Shown here: positions 51,401 through 64,000 of the stretch, piece after piece | How positions within the stretch are numbered: the first letter of the stretch is position 1 | Layout: each line of letters begins with the position of its first letter | Assembly: GCA_965655095.1 (NCBI GenBank) | Contig: OZ296649.1 | Location: forward strand, 148,862,001 to 148,926,000 | DNA length: 64,000 nucleotides | Source: Haplodiscus bocki | Taxonomy: Eukaryota | Reading direction: 5' to 3' | The notes under the pieces: generated by a model | Database searches by the model: none | The model's input: only the letters and a program-made list of their open reading frames with translations | What the model was told of the DNA's origin: nothing | Translations under genes and position numbers: made by a program

Positions 51401-54400
51401 GGAGAGAGTGGTATCTATGAAATTTAAAGAGTCGGTTAACTATTTTGTATTTTTTAGTAAAATACCGATATGGAAAGTGTTCAAAAACTAGAGGGACCGC
51501 TTTTTTTGAAGGAAATCTAGTAGCTTAGCAAAGAAGGAATGAACGATTGAAGAGATTCATCTTGATGAGTTTGTTAATTTTCAAATAACTGTGAGATACA
51601 ATCTTTAAATGTTAAGAAGCAGCAAGAGAGATTTTTTTGTTCGTCAAGTATCAACAAGAGATATTTTGTTGTTTGTTAAATAGCAGCAAGAGAGCTTCTG
51701 TTAATTGTCAAGTAGTAGCAAGAGAGCTTTTGTTGATTTCATGTACCAGCTGAATGAGTCGAAGATAAGCGATGAATGAAGAGAAGAAATTATTCAGCTA
51801 AACTATTTTGCAGTGGAAAATCTAATGATTGATTGATGACTTCGTATCATGGAAATTTGTTGGCTAGCAGCGAGTTTGACTTGGGAGGTAACTTAACGTT
51901 CTAGAAAGTTGTTTTGAATTCCGAAGCGTATATCGATTATAAAATGTCGAGGATCGAGTTCAAAGAGTATCTATCGAAATCAACAATATTCGTACCGGTG
52001 CAATCCCAACGCTCGGTTGGTAACTCCGTCAAAAAACGATTTGATAGGTAGGCGAGTTTCATAAGAGAGATAAATGTAGGTTCTAAGAAACTGTTTCGAT
52101 TTTTGAATAGTTTATTAGTCTTTCAAAATGTCGGAGAATGAAGTCAAAACATCTACAAAACTGAAAGTTTAATTTGTTTTGATAGGCGGTGTAGTTATGA
52201 ACAGACAAAGGGATTATTTGGAAGGATAATAATTTTGAAAAACAGACCCTGTCTAAACTGATTTGAGCTATTTTTATCCCGAGTGAAAATAATATTTAGA
52301 TGGAGGTATATGGGTGCGTTAGTCTTTGACAGGTTGTCGTCGAAGACGGCGGGTTGTTCGGGATTGATAATATCCGGAAGTTTGGGAAGATGTTGCGCTT
52401 ACTGGAGGCGCTGTTGGTGTGATGGTCTCAGTTTGATTGGTATTTGCTTGATCATTCAGCGTAGTAGGCGGTTTTTGAGAATTATCAAAGATTAATGGAG
52501 ACGAAGTGTCGTCATCAGTGGAATTTATCGAGCTTTGCTGCCTGTCAGTCAAAAAGAAATCTGGTGTAGTCTCGTTCCCAGAATATTCTAGCGAATCGTA
52601 AAGTAATCGCTCGCGTGCATATATTTCGCCGGCTAGGTTAAACGAGGATATGGTTATATGTGGCTTGAAAAAAAACCGTTTTATACTGTTGAAAAAGTTT
52701 TTCTAAATGGAGGACAACAGGATAAAACGGGATCAAATGGTTTCGGTGTGCGAACAAAACATTTCCTTGATGTGACAGTAACTGATATTTCACATTTTAC
52801 CCGACGCATTGTATTTGTAGAACCGTCTGGAATCCATGATTTATATTGTGATTGAGGGCTGCAGACCCATACACCATAAAAATCTTGATCCAATGGGGTG
52901 GCGGCTTGCATGGAACTTTGAATACGAATGAGATAATTTTGCTGTCCTGAATCAGTTAAGAAAACAGTAGTTTGAGGAGATTGCATGGTTCGGTTAGATC
53001 GTGAAAGTTCCAAGAGAAAGCTGACATGACTCTGACAGCCATTCTTAGTAACAGCATGATACCAAACCAGTGTGCTCGGATAGTAACTTTGTCGATCATG
53101 TTATTGGTTAGTCTTAGTATTGTAGACATATATTTTAGTTGTTTTTGTATATGAGAGGGAACATTGGTAAGCTAAGACAGTAGTTGCCTTAGCTCTGATA
53201 AACAAATCAACACGTGGTTTATTCTAGGCAACGTCATGTGGATTTGTACTACAATCATCAAGTCGATTAAGGTTAAACTGGCGTACGTTAAGACGTTCTC
53301 GACAAAAATAATGAATTGCCAATATGTTGTTTATTTCGTCTTGATTGACAGTGTGAGTTTGATCTTCAAGAGGTTCGTCGTTGAGGAGAGAGAGAATGTG
53401 AGGGAACTGGAGAGCTAAGAAGAGCTGGAGTATGACAATTGTGAACAAGGATTATAAAAGGTAGCAGTTCCACGAGGACTGCAAGTAGATGGATCAAAAA
53501 CAAATTTCAGGCTTCAATAAACGAGGCAGGTGAGGTTCTATAGGTTATACCTGGGCAGAAAAGTGGAACGGGACTAACATATAATCTTTTAAAACAAACG
53601 CAAATGGAGAACTGAATTTCTAAATTGGGTTCATAAAGGATAGCAATTTCCTTAGTCTTTTTTGCGGGACTAAGACTTAAAGAGCGATTTATATTAACAA
53701 TGCCATCGGAATCAAGAGTGTTATCAAGATAAAATCCAGTAGAAAGAAAATTAAAGGACTGTGCGTTTTGATGGGTATTTCAAAAGTTCTGGAGAGAGGG
53801 AGGTAAGTTATGTGATGAATTTAAACTGAAACATTGAATGTGACGTTCGAGACAAGTAGTCGTATCCAAAGATGAATGCTCAAGAGAGGTAGGATTAATT
53901 AAATCATGAATTGGACGAGGAAAAAGGTCAGTAGTTGACAATAATGCAATATTTAAATTACGAGACGGGTTAGTATTGGGTGTAGAAGGTGAACGAGAGG
54001 TAAGTGATGTAGTAGATTGGCGAGGAATGAACATAGTTTGTGAGTTTGTTAGTTGTGTTAAATTACTAGGAGACATTACAATTATAGTTCCTCTGATAGA
54101 GGAAAAAGTACGAAAAAACTTAGTACTTCCAGTGTTACTGAAATCATCGTCAGATAAAGTTATGGCATCATAAGAAAGGATTATGGTATCGTTAAATTCG
54201 TTTCCTGGGAGAATATCGGGGAGTGGTCTACTTGGTAAAATATTCTGGTTACGATATGGTGAAGCAATTTTTGAAAAAATTAAAAAACTACCTATGTGAG
54301 ATGAAACGTGAAGAAGAGGTTTGAATTTCGTTGTTTGGGGGCTGATAGATCACAGGAGTTGAAAATTGGAGAGAGTGGTATCTATGAAATTTAAAGAGTC

Positions 54401-57400
54401 GGTTAACTATTTTGTATTTTTTAGTAAAATACCGATATGGAAAGTGTTCAAAAACTAGAGGGACCGCTTTTTTTGAAGGAAATCTAGTAGCTTAGCAAAG
54501 AAGGAATGAACGATTGAAGAGATTCATCTTGATGAGTTTGTTAATTTTCAAATAACTGTGAGATACAATCTTTAAATGTTAAGAAGCAGCAAGAGAGATT
54601 TTTTTGTTCGTCAAGTATCAACAAGAGATATTTTGTTGTTTGTTAAATAGCAGCAAGAGAGCTTCTGTTATTTGTCAAGTAGTAGCAAGAGAGCTTTTGT
54701 TGATTTCATGTACCAGCTGAATGAGTCGAAGATAAGCGATGAATGAAGAGAAAAAATTATTCAGCTAAACTATTTTGCAGTGGAAAGCCTAATGAGTGGT
54801 TGAGGACTTCGTATCATGGAATTTTATTGGCTAGCAGCGAGTTTGACTTGGGAGGTAACTTAACGTTCTAGAAAGTTGTTTTGAATTCCGAAGCGTATAT
54901 TGGTTATAAAATGCCGCAGAACGAGTTCAAAGAATATCTATCGAAAGCAACAATGTTCGTACCGGTGCAATCCCAATGCTCGGTTGGTAACTCCGTCAAA
55001 AAACGATTTGATAGGTAGGCGAGTTTCACAAGAGAGAAAAATGTAGGTTCTAAGAAACTGTTTGGATTTTTGAATAGTTTATTAGTCTTTCAAAATGTCG
55101 GAGAATGAAGTCAAAACATCTACAAAACTGAAAGTTTAATTTGTTTTGATAGGCGGTGTAGTTATGAACAGACAAAGGGATTATTTGGAAGGATAATAAA
55201 TTTGAAAAACAGAGCCTGTCTAAACTGATTTGAGCTATTTTTATCCCGAGTGAAAATAATATTTAGATGGAGGTATATGGGTGCGGTAGTCTTTGACAGG
55301 TTGTCGTCGAAGACGGCGGGTTGTTCGGGATAGATAATATCCGGAAGTTTGGGAAGATGTTGCGCTTACTGGAGGCGCTGTTGGTGTTATGTTATCAGTT
55401 TGATTGGTATTTGCTTGATCATTCAGCGTAGTAGGCGGTTGTTGAGAATTATCAAAGATTAATGGAGACGAAGTGTCGTCATCAGTGGAATTTATCGAGG
55501 TTTGCTGCCTGTCAGTCAAAAAGAAATCTGGTGTAGTCTCGTTCCCAGAATCTTCTAGCGAATCGCAAAGTAATCGCTCGCGTGCATATATTTCGCCGGC
55601 TAGGTTAAACGAGGATATGGTTATATGTCGCTTAAAAAAACCGTTTTATATTGTTGGAAAAGTTATTCTAAATGGGGGACAACGGGATAAAATGGGATCA
55701 AATGGTTTCGGTGTGCGAAATAAACATTTCCTTGATGTGACAGTACCTGATATTTCACATTTTACTCGACGCATTGTATTTGTAGAACCGTCTGGAATCC
55801 ATGATTATTATTGTGATTGAGGGCTGTACACCCATACACCATAAAAATCTTGATCCAATGGGGTCGCTTGCATGGAACTTTGAATACGAATAAGATAATT
55901 TTGCTGTCCTGAATCAGTTAAGAAAGCAATAGTTTGAGGAGATTCCATGGTTCGGTTAGACCGTGGACCGGAAAGTTCCAAGAGAAAGCTGACATGACTC
56001 TGATAGCCATACCTAGTAACAGCATGATACCTAACCATTGTCCTCGGATAGTAACTTTGTCGATCACGTTAATGTTTAGTCTTAGTATTGTATACATAAA
56101 TTTTAGTCGTTTTTTGTATATGAGAGGGAACGTTGTTAAGCTAAGACAGTAGTTGCCTTAGCTCTGATAAAACAAATCACCACGCGGCTTATTGTAGGCC
56201 ACGTCATGTGGATTTGTACTACAATCATCAAGTCGATTAATGTTAAACCGGCGTACGTTAAGACGTTCTCGACAAAAATAATGAATTGCCAATATGTTGT
56301 TTATTTCGTCTTGATTGACAGTGTGAGTTTGATCTTCAAGAGGTTCGTCGTTGAGGAGAGAGAGAATGTGAGGGAACTGGAGAGCTAAGAAGAGCTGGAG
56401 TATGACAATTGTGAACAAGGATTATAAAAGGTAGCAGTTCCACGAGGACTGCAAGTAGATGGATCAAAAACAAATTTCAGGCTTCAATAAACGAGGCAGG
56501 TGAGGTTCTATAGGTTATACCTGGGCAGAAAAGTGGAACGGGACTAACATATAATCTTTTAAAACAAACGCAAATGGAGAACTGAATTTCTAAATTGGGT
56601 TCATAAAGGATAGCAATTTCCTTAGTCTTTTTTGCGGGACTAAGACTTAAAGAGCGATTTATATTAACAATGCCATCGGAATCAAGAGTGTTATCAAGAT
56701 AAAATCCAGTAGAAAGAAAATTAAAGGACTGTGCGTTTTGATGGGTATTTCAAAAGTTCTGGAGAGAGGGAGGTAAGTTATGTGATGAATTTAAACTGAA
56801 ACATTGAATGTGACGTTCGAGACAAGTAGTCGTATCCAAAGATGAATGCTCAAGAGAGGTAGGATTAATTAAATCATGAATTGGACGAGGAAAAAGGTCA
56901 GTAGTTGACAATAATGCAATATTTAAATTACGAGACGGGTTAGTATTGGGTGTAGAAGGTGAACGAGAGGTAAGTGATGTAGTAGATTGGCGAGGAATGA
57001 ACATAGTTTGTGAGTTTGTTAGTTGTGTTAAATTACTAGGAGACATTACAATTATAGTTCCTCTGATAGAGGAAAAAGTACGAAAAAACTTAGTACTTCC
57101 AGTGTTACTGAAATCATCGTCAGATAAAGTTATGGCATCATAAGAAAGGATTATGGTATCGTTAAATTCGTTTCCTGGGAGAATATCGGGGAGTGGTCTA
57201 CTTGGTAAAATATTCTGGTTACGATATGGTGAAGCAATTTTTGAAAAAATTAAAAAACTACCTATGTGAGATGAAACGTGAAGAAGAGGTTTGAATTTCG
57301 TTGTTTGGGGGCTGATAGATCACAGGAGTTGAAAATTGGAGAGAGTGGTATCTATGAAATTTAAAGAGTCGGTTAACTATTTTGTATTTTTTAGTAAAAT

Positions 57401-59305
57401 ACCGATATGGAAAGTGTTCAAAAACTAGAGGGACCGCTTTTTTTGAAGGAAATCTAGTAGCTTAGCAAAGAAGGAATGAACGATTGAAGAGATTCATCTT
57501 GATGAGTTTGTTAATTTTCAAATAACTGTGAGATACAATCTTTAAATGTTAAGAAGCAGCAAGAGAGATTTTTTTGTTCGTCAAGTATCAACAAGAGATA
57601 TTTTGTTGTTTGTTAAATAGCAGCAAGAGAGCTTCTGTTATTTGTCAAGTAGTAGCAAGAGAGCTTTTGTTGATTTCATGTACCAGCTGAATGAGTCGAA
57701 GATAAGCGATGAATGAAGAGAAAAAATTATTCAGCTAAACTATTTTGCAGTGGAAAGCCTAATGAGTGGTTGAGGACTTCGTATCATGGAATTTTATTGG
57801 CTAGCAGCGAGTTTGACTTGGGAGGTAACTTAACGTTCTAGAAAGTTGTTTTGAATTCCGAAGCGTATATTGGTTATAAAATGCCGCAGAACGAGTTCAA
57901 AGAATATCTATCGAAAGCAACAATGTTCGTACCGGTGCAATCCCAATGCTCGGTTGGTAACTCCGTCAAAAAACGATTTGATAGGTAGGCGAGTTTCACA
58001 AGAGAGAAAAATGTAGGTTCTAAGAAACTGTTTGGATTTTTGAATAGTTTATTAGTCTTTCAAAATGTCGGAGAATGAAGTCAAAACATCTACAAAACTG
58101 AAAGTTTAATTTGTTTTGATAGGCGGTGTAGTTATGAACAGACAAAGGGATTATTTGGAAGGATAATAAATTTGAAAAACAGAGCCTGTCTAAACTGATT
58201 TGAGCTATTTTTATCCCGAGTGAAAATAATATTTAGATGGAGGTATATGGGTGCGGTAGTCTTTGACAGGTTGTCGTCGAAGACGGCGGGTTGTTCGGGA
58301 TAGATAATATCCGGAAGTTTGGGAAGATGTTGCGCTTACTGGAGGCGCTGTTGGTGTTATGTTATCAGTTTGATTGGTATTTGCTTGATCATTCAGCGTA
58401 GTAGGCGGTTGTTGAGAATTATCAAAGATTAATGGAGACGAAGTGTCGTCATCAGTGGAATTTATCGAGGTTTGCTGCCTGTCAGTCAAAAAGAAATCTG
58501 GTGTAGTCTCGTTCCCAGAATCTTCTAGCGAATCGCAAAGTAATCGCTCGCGTGCATATATTTCGCCGGCTAGGTTAAACGAGGATATGGTTATATGTCG
58601 CTTAAAAAAACCGTTTTATATTGTTGGAAAAGTTATTCTAAATGGGGGACAACGGGATAAAATGGGATCAAATGGTTTCGGTGTGCGAAATAAACATTTC
58701 CTTGATGTGACAGTACCTGATATTTCACATTTTACTCGACGCATTGTATTTGTAGAACCGTCTGGAATCCATGATTATTATTGTGATTGAGGGCTGTACA
58801 CCCATACACCATAAAAATCTTGATCCAATGGGGTCGCTTGCATGGAACTTTGAATACGAATAAGATAATTTTGCTGTCCTGAATCAGTTAAGAAAGCAAT
58901 AGTTTGAGGAGATTCCATGGTTCGGTTAGACCGTGGACCGGAAAGTTCCAAGAGAAAGCTGACATGACTCTGATAGCCATACCTAGTAACAGCATGATAC
59001 CTAACCATTGTCCTCGGATAGTAACTTTGTCGATCACGTTAATGTTTAGTCTTAGTATTGTATACATAAATTTTAGTCGTTTTTTGTATATGAGAGGGAA
59101 CGTTGTTAAGCTAAGACAGTAGTTGCCTTAGCTCTGATAAAACAAATCACCACGCGGCTTATTGTAGGCCACGTCATGTGGATTTGTACTACAATCATCA
59201 AGTCGATTAATGTTAAACCGGCGTACGTTAAGACGTTCTCGACAAAAATATTTAATTGCCAATATGTTGTTAATTTGGTCTTGATTGACAGTGTGAGTTT
59301 GATCT

Positions 59306-60007
59306 TCAAGAGGTTCGTCGTTCAGGAGAGGAAACTGGAGAGCTAAGAAGAGCTGGAGTATGATAGTCTTGAAAAGGATTAAAAAAGGTAGCAGTTCCAC
59401 GAGGAGTGCAAGTAGATGGATCAAAATTGAATTTTAGGCTTGCACAGACAAACGAGGAAGGTGAGGTTCTATAGGTTATATCTGAGCAGAAAAGTGGAAA
59501 GGGACGAACATATAATCTTTTAAAACAAACGCGTATGGAGAACTGAATTTCTAAATTAGGTTTATAAAGGATGGCAATTTCCTTAGACTTTTTCGCGGGA
59601 CTAAGACTTAACGAGCGATTTATATTAACAATGCCATCGGATTCAAGAGTGCTATCAAGATAAAATCCAGTAGAAAGAAAATTAAAGGACTGTGCGCTTT
59701 GATGGGTATTTCGAAAGTTCTGGAGAGAGGGAGGTAATTCATGTGATGAATATAAACTGAAACATTGAATGTGACGTTCGAGACAAGTAGTCGTATCCAA
59801 AGATGTATGCTCAAGAGATGTAGGATTAATTAAATTATGGATTGGACGAGGAGAAAGGTCAGTAGTTGACAATAATGCAATATTTAATTTACGAGACGGG
59901 TTAGTAATGGGTGTAGAAGGTGAACGAGAGGTAAGTGATGTAGTAGATTGGCGAGGAATGAACATAGTTTGTGAGTTTGTTAGTTGTGTTAAATTACTTG
60001 GAGACAT
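59306..60007 (-). pseudogene. ORF B C-terminal part (U20)
   Basis: 233 open codons homologous to 35693..36628. It carries CGA at the polymorphic stop and is frameshifted near its 3' end. Confidence 0.55.
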
Positions 60008-62262
60008 TACAATTATAGTTCCTCTGATAGAGGAAAAAGTACGAAAAAACTTAGTACTTCCAGTGTTATTGAAATCATCGTCAGATAAAGTTATGGCATC
60101 ATAAGAAAGGATTATGGTATCGTTAAATTCGTTTCCTGGGAGAATATCGGGGGGTGGTCTGCTTGTTAAAATACTCTGGTTATGATATAGAGAAGCAATT
60201 TTTGAAAAGACTAAAAAAGTACCTTTGTGAGATGAAACGTGAAGAAGAGGTTTGAATTTCGTTGTTTGAAGGCTGAAAGATCAGAGGAGTTGAAAATTGG
60301 AGAGAGTGGTATCTATGAAATTTAAAGAGTCTGTTGACTATTTTGTACTTTTCAGTAAAATACCGATATGGAAAGTTTTCAAAAATTAGAGAGACCGGTT
60401 ACTTGAACGAAATCTAGTAACTTAGCAAAGAAGAAATGAACGGTTGAAGAGATGCATCTTGATGACTTTGTTAATTTTCATATAACTGTCAGATGGAAAC
60501 TTTAAATGTTAAGAAGCCGGAAGAGATATTTTTGTTGTTCGTCAAGTATCAACAAGAGATATTTTGTTGTTTGTTAAATAGCAGCAAGAGAGCTTCTGTT
60601 ATTTGTCAAGTAGCAAGAGAGCTTTTGTTGATTTTAAGTACCAGCTGTATGAGTCGAAGATAAGCGCTGAATGAAGAGAAAAATTATTCAGCTAAACAAT
60701 TTTGCAGTGGAAAATCTAATGATTGATTGATGACTTCGTATCATGGAAATTTGTTGGCTAGCAGCGAGTTTGACTTGGGAGGTAACTTAACGTTTTAGAA
60801 AGTTGTTTTGAATTCCGAAGCGTATATTGGTTATAAAATGCCGAAGATCGAGTTCAAAGAGTATCTATCGAAAACAACAATGTTCGTACCGGTGCAATCC
60901 CAATGCTCGGTTGGTAACTCCGTCAAAAAACGATTTGATAGGTAGGCGAGTTTCACAAGAGAGAAAAATGTAGGTTCTAAGAAACTGTTTGGATTTTTGA
61001 ATAGTTTATTAGTCTTTCAAAATGTCGGAGAATGAAGTCAAAACATCTACAAAACTGAAAGTTTAATTTGTTTTGATAGGCGGTGTAGTTATGAACAGAC
61101 AAAGGGATTATTTGGAAGGATAATAAATTTGAAAAACAGAGCCTGTCTAAACTGATTTGAGCTATTTTTATCCCGAGTGAAAATAATATTTAGATGGAGG
61201 TATATGGGTGCGGTAGTCTTTGACAGGTTGTCGTCGAAGACGGCGGGTTGTTCGGGATAGATAATATCCGGAAGTTTGGGAAGATGATGCGCTTACTGGA
61301 GGCGCTGTTGGTGTTATGGTATCAGTTTGATTGGTATTTGCTTGATCATTCAGCGTAGTAGGCGGTTGTTGAGAATTATCAAAGATTAATGGAGACGAAG
61401 TGTCGTCATCACTGGAATTTATCGAGGTTTGCTGCCTGTCAGTCAAAAAGAAATCTGGTGTAGTCTCGTTCCCACAATCTTCTAGCGAATGGTAAGCTAA
61501 TCGCTCGGGTCCATATATTTTACCGGCTGGGTTAAACGAGGATATGGTTATATGTCGCTTAAAAAAACCGTTTTATATTGTTGGAAAAGTTATTCTAAAT
61601 GGGGGACAACGGGATAAAATGGGATCAAATGGTTTCGGTGTGCGAAATAAACATTTCCTTGATGTGACAGTACCTGATATTTCACATTTTACTCGACGCA
61701 TTGTATTTGTAGAACCGTCTGGAATCCATGATTATTATTGTGATTGAGGGCTGTACACCCATACACCATAAAAATCTTGATCCAATGGGGTCGCTTGCAT
61801 GGAACTTTGAATACGAATGAGATAATTTTGCTGTCCTGAATCAGTTAAGAAAGCAATAGTTTGAGGAGATTCCATGGTTCGGTTAGACCGTGGACCGGAA
61901 AGTTCCAAGAGAAAGCTGACATGACTCTGATAGCCATACCTAATAACAGCATGATACCTAACCATTGTCCTCGGATAGTAACTTTGTCGATCACGTTAAT
62001 GTTTAGTCTTAGTATTGTATACATAAATTTTAGTCGTTTTTTGTATATGAGAGGGAACATTGTTAAGCTAAGACAGTAGTTGCCTGAGCTCTGATAAAAC
62101 AAATCACCACGCGGTTTATTGTAGTCCACGTCATGTGGATTTGTACTACAATCATCAAGTCGATTAAGGTTAAACCGGCGTACGTTAAGACGTTCTCGAC
62201 AAAAATATTTAATTGCCAACATCTTGTTAATTTGGTCTTGATTGACAGTGTGAGTCTGATCT

Positions 62263-62964
62263 TCAAGAGGTTCGTCGTTCAGGAGAGGAAACTGGAGAGC
62301 TAAGAAGAGCTGGAGTATGATAGTCTTGAAAAGGATTTAAAAAGGTAGCAGTTCCACGAGGAGTGCAAGTAGATGGATCAAAATTGAATTTTAGGCTTGC
62401 ACAAACAAACGAGGCAGGTGAGGTTCTATAGGTTATATCTGAGCAGAAAAGTAGAAAGGGACGAACATATAATCTTTTAAAACAAACGCGTATGGAGAAC
62501 TGAATTTCTAAATTAGGTTTATAAAGGATGGCAATTTCCTTAGTCTTCTTCGCGGGACTAAGACTTAAAGAGCGATTTATATTAACAATGCCATCGGATT
62601 CAAGAGTGCTATCAAGATAAAATCCAGTAGAAAGAAAATTAAAGGACTGTGCGCTTTGATGGGTATTTCGAAAGTTCTGGAGAGAGGGAGGTAATTCATG
62701 TGATGAATTTAAACTGAAACATTGAATGTGACGTTCGAGACAAGTAGTCGTATCCAAAGATGTATGCTCAAGAGATGTAGGATTAATTAAATTATGGATT
62801 GGACGAGGAGAAAGGTCAGTAGTTGACAATAATGCAATATTTAATTTACGAGACGGGTTAGTAATGGGTGTAGAAGGTGAACGAGAGGTAAGTGATGTAG
62901 TAGATTGGCGAGGAATGAACATAGTTTGTGAGTTTGTTAGTTGTGTTAAATTACTTGGAGACAT
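62263..62964 (-). pseudogene. ORF B C-terminal part (U21)
   Basis: 233 open codons, near-identical to 59306..60007. Confidence 0.55.
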
Positions 62965-64000
62965 TACAATTATAGTTCCTCTGATAGAGGAAAAAGTACG
63001 AAAAAACTTAGTACTTCCAGTGTTATTGAAATCATCGTCAGATAAAGTTATGGCATCATAAGAAAGGATTATGGTATCGTTAAATTCGTTTCCTGGGAGA
63101 ATATCGGGGGGTGGTCTGCTTGTTAAAATACTCTGGTTATGATATAGAGAAGCAATTTTTGAAAAGAATAAAAAAGTACCTTTGTGAGATGAAACGTGAA
63201 GAAGAGGTTTGAATTTCGTTGTTTGAAGGCTGAAAGATCAGAGGAGTTGAAAATTGGAGAGAGTGGTATCTATGAAATTTAAAGAGTCGGTTAATTATTT
63301 TGTATTTTTTAGTAAAATACCGATATGGAATTTGTTCAAAAATTAGAGAGACCGGTTACTTGAACGAAATCTAGTAACCTGGCAAAGAAGAAATGAACGG
63401 TTGAAGAGATGCATCTTGATGAGTTTGTTAATTTTCATATAACTGTGAGATAGAATCTTTAAATGTTAAGAAGCAGGAAGAGATATTTTTGTTGTTCGTC
63501 AAGTATCAACAAGAGATATTTTGTTGTTTGTTAAGTAGCAGCAAGAGAGCTTCTGTTATTTGTCAATGGTAGCAAGAGAGCTTTTGTTGATTTTAAGTAC
63601 CAGCTGAATGAGTCGAAGGTAAGCGATGAATGAAGAGAAGAAATTATTGAGCTAAACTATTTTGCAGTGGAAAAACTAATGAGTGGTTGAGGACTTCGTA
63701 TCATGTAATTTTGTTGGCTAGCAGCGAGTTTGACTTGGGAGGTAACATAACGTTCTAGAAAGTTGTTTTGAATTCCGAAGCGTATATCGATTATAAAATG
63801 CCGAAGATCGAGTTCAAAGAGTATCTATCGAAAACAACAATGTTCGTACCGGTGCAATCCCAATGCTCGGTTGGTAACTCCGTCAAAAAACGATTTGATA
63901 GGTAGGCGAGTTTCACAAGAGAGAAAAATGTAGGTTCTAAGAAACTGTTTGGATTTTTGAATAGTTTATTAGTCTTTCAAAATGTCGGAGAATGAAGTCA

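Larger units (their letters stand above)
1..64000. repeat. Head-to-tail tandem array (macrosatellite) of a ~2.95 kb unit, about 21.7 copies
   Basis: The marker GATATTTCA(C/T) next to the unit junction starts at 2601, 5550, 8407, 11369, 14341, 17291, 20245, 23197, 26150, 29128, 32100, 35070, 38033, 40931, 43891, 46848, 49812, 52784, 55749, 58719 and 61676 (mean period ~2954 bp). The same ORF fragments recur with that period. Approximate units: U0 1-2613, U1 2614-5562, U2 5563-8419, U3 8420-11381, U4 11382-14353, U5 14354-17303, U6 17304-20257, U7 20258-23209, U8 23210-26162, U9 26163-29140, U10 29141-32112, U11 32113-35082, U12 35083-38045, U13 38046-40943, U14 40944-43903, U15 43904-46860, U16 46861-49824, U17 49825-52796, U18 52797-55761, U19 55762-58731, U20 58732-61688, U21 61689-64000. 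Confidence 0.99.

Noticed and set aside
5950-53010. Excess of in-frame indels in env (-108, 12, -6, +3, -3) as evidence of purifying selection
   Set aside because: Frameshifts (+4, -4, +1) and stops also occur. The counts are too small to claim selection without a formal test.
2324-63061. Recurrent short + strand ORFs (MSSSVEFIEV..., MRRFHGSVRS..., MGVEGEREVS..., MWLEKKPFY...)
   Set aside because: They are 60-115 aa antisense shadows of the minus-strand coding remnants, often with non-ATG starts and variable ends. They recur only because the DNA is repeated.
1-64000. Tandem full-length or TRIM-like LTR elements, or an rDNA, histone or other host tandem gene array
   Set aside because: No LTR pair, PBS, gag, RT or integrase core was recognised, and there is no rRNA, tRNA or histone similarity. 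Units are fused inside coding sequence.
1-64000. Whole array as an assembly artefact
   Set aside because: Units carry many private and shared substitutions and indels with a nested history. Only the copy number of the near-identical blocks needs read validation.

Overview
The whole 64 kb window is one head-to-tail tandem array (macrosatellite) of a ~2.95 kb unit: 20 complete copies plus partial copies at both ends, with 21 junctions 2857-2978 bp apart. No prokaryotic genes, RNA genes or CRISPR arrays were seen. Read on the minus strand, each unit looks like an internal fragment of an env-bearing Ty3/Gypsy-like LTR retroelement. The order is (i) the last ~170 codons of pol (integrase C-terminus plus a low-complexity tail), (ii) a ~1 kb spacer holding a possible decayed ORF and four ~32-bp subrepeats, (iii) an unknown accessory ORF of >=310 codons, and (iv) the first ~214 codons of a signal-peptide-bearing, Cys-patterned env-like glycoprotein, which is cut off and fused out of frame to the next integrase tail. 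No gag, protease, RT, RNase H, integrase core or LTR is visible. Most copies are pseudogenised. The array shows homogenised blocks, dimer-period duplications, haplotype patches shared by distant copies and private indels. The source is probably an animal genome. Family assignments rest on recalled motifs, not database searches.
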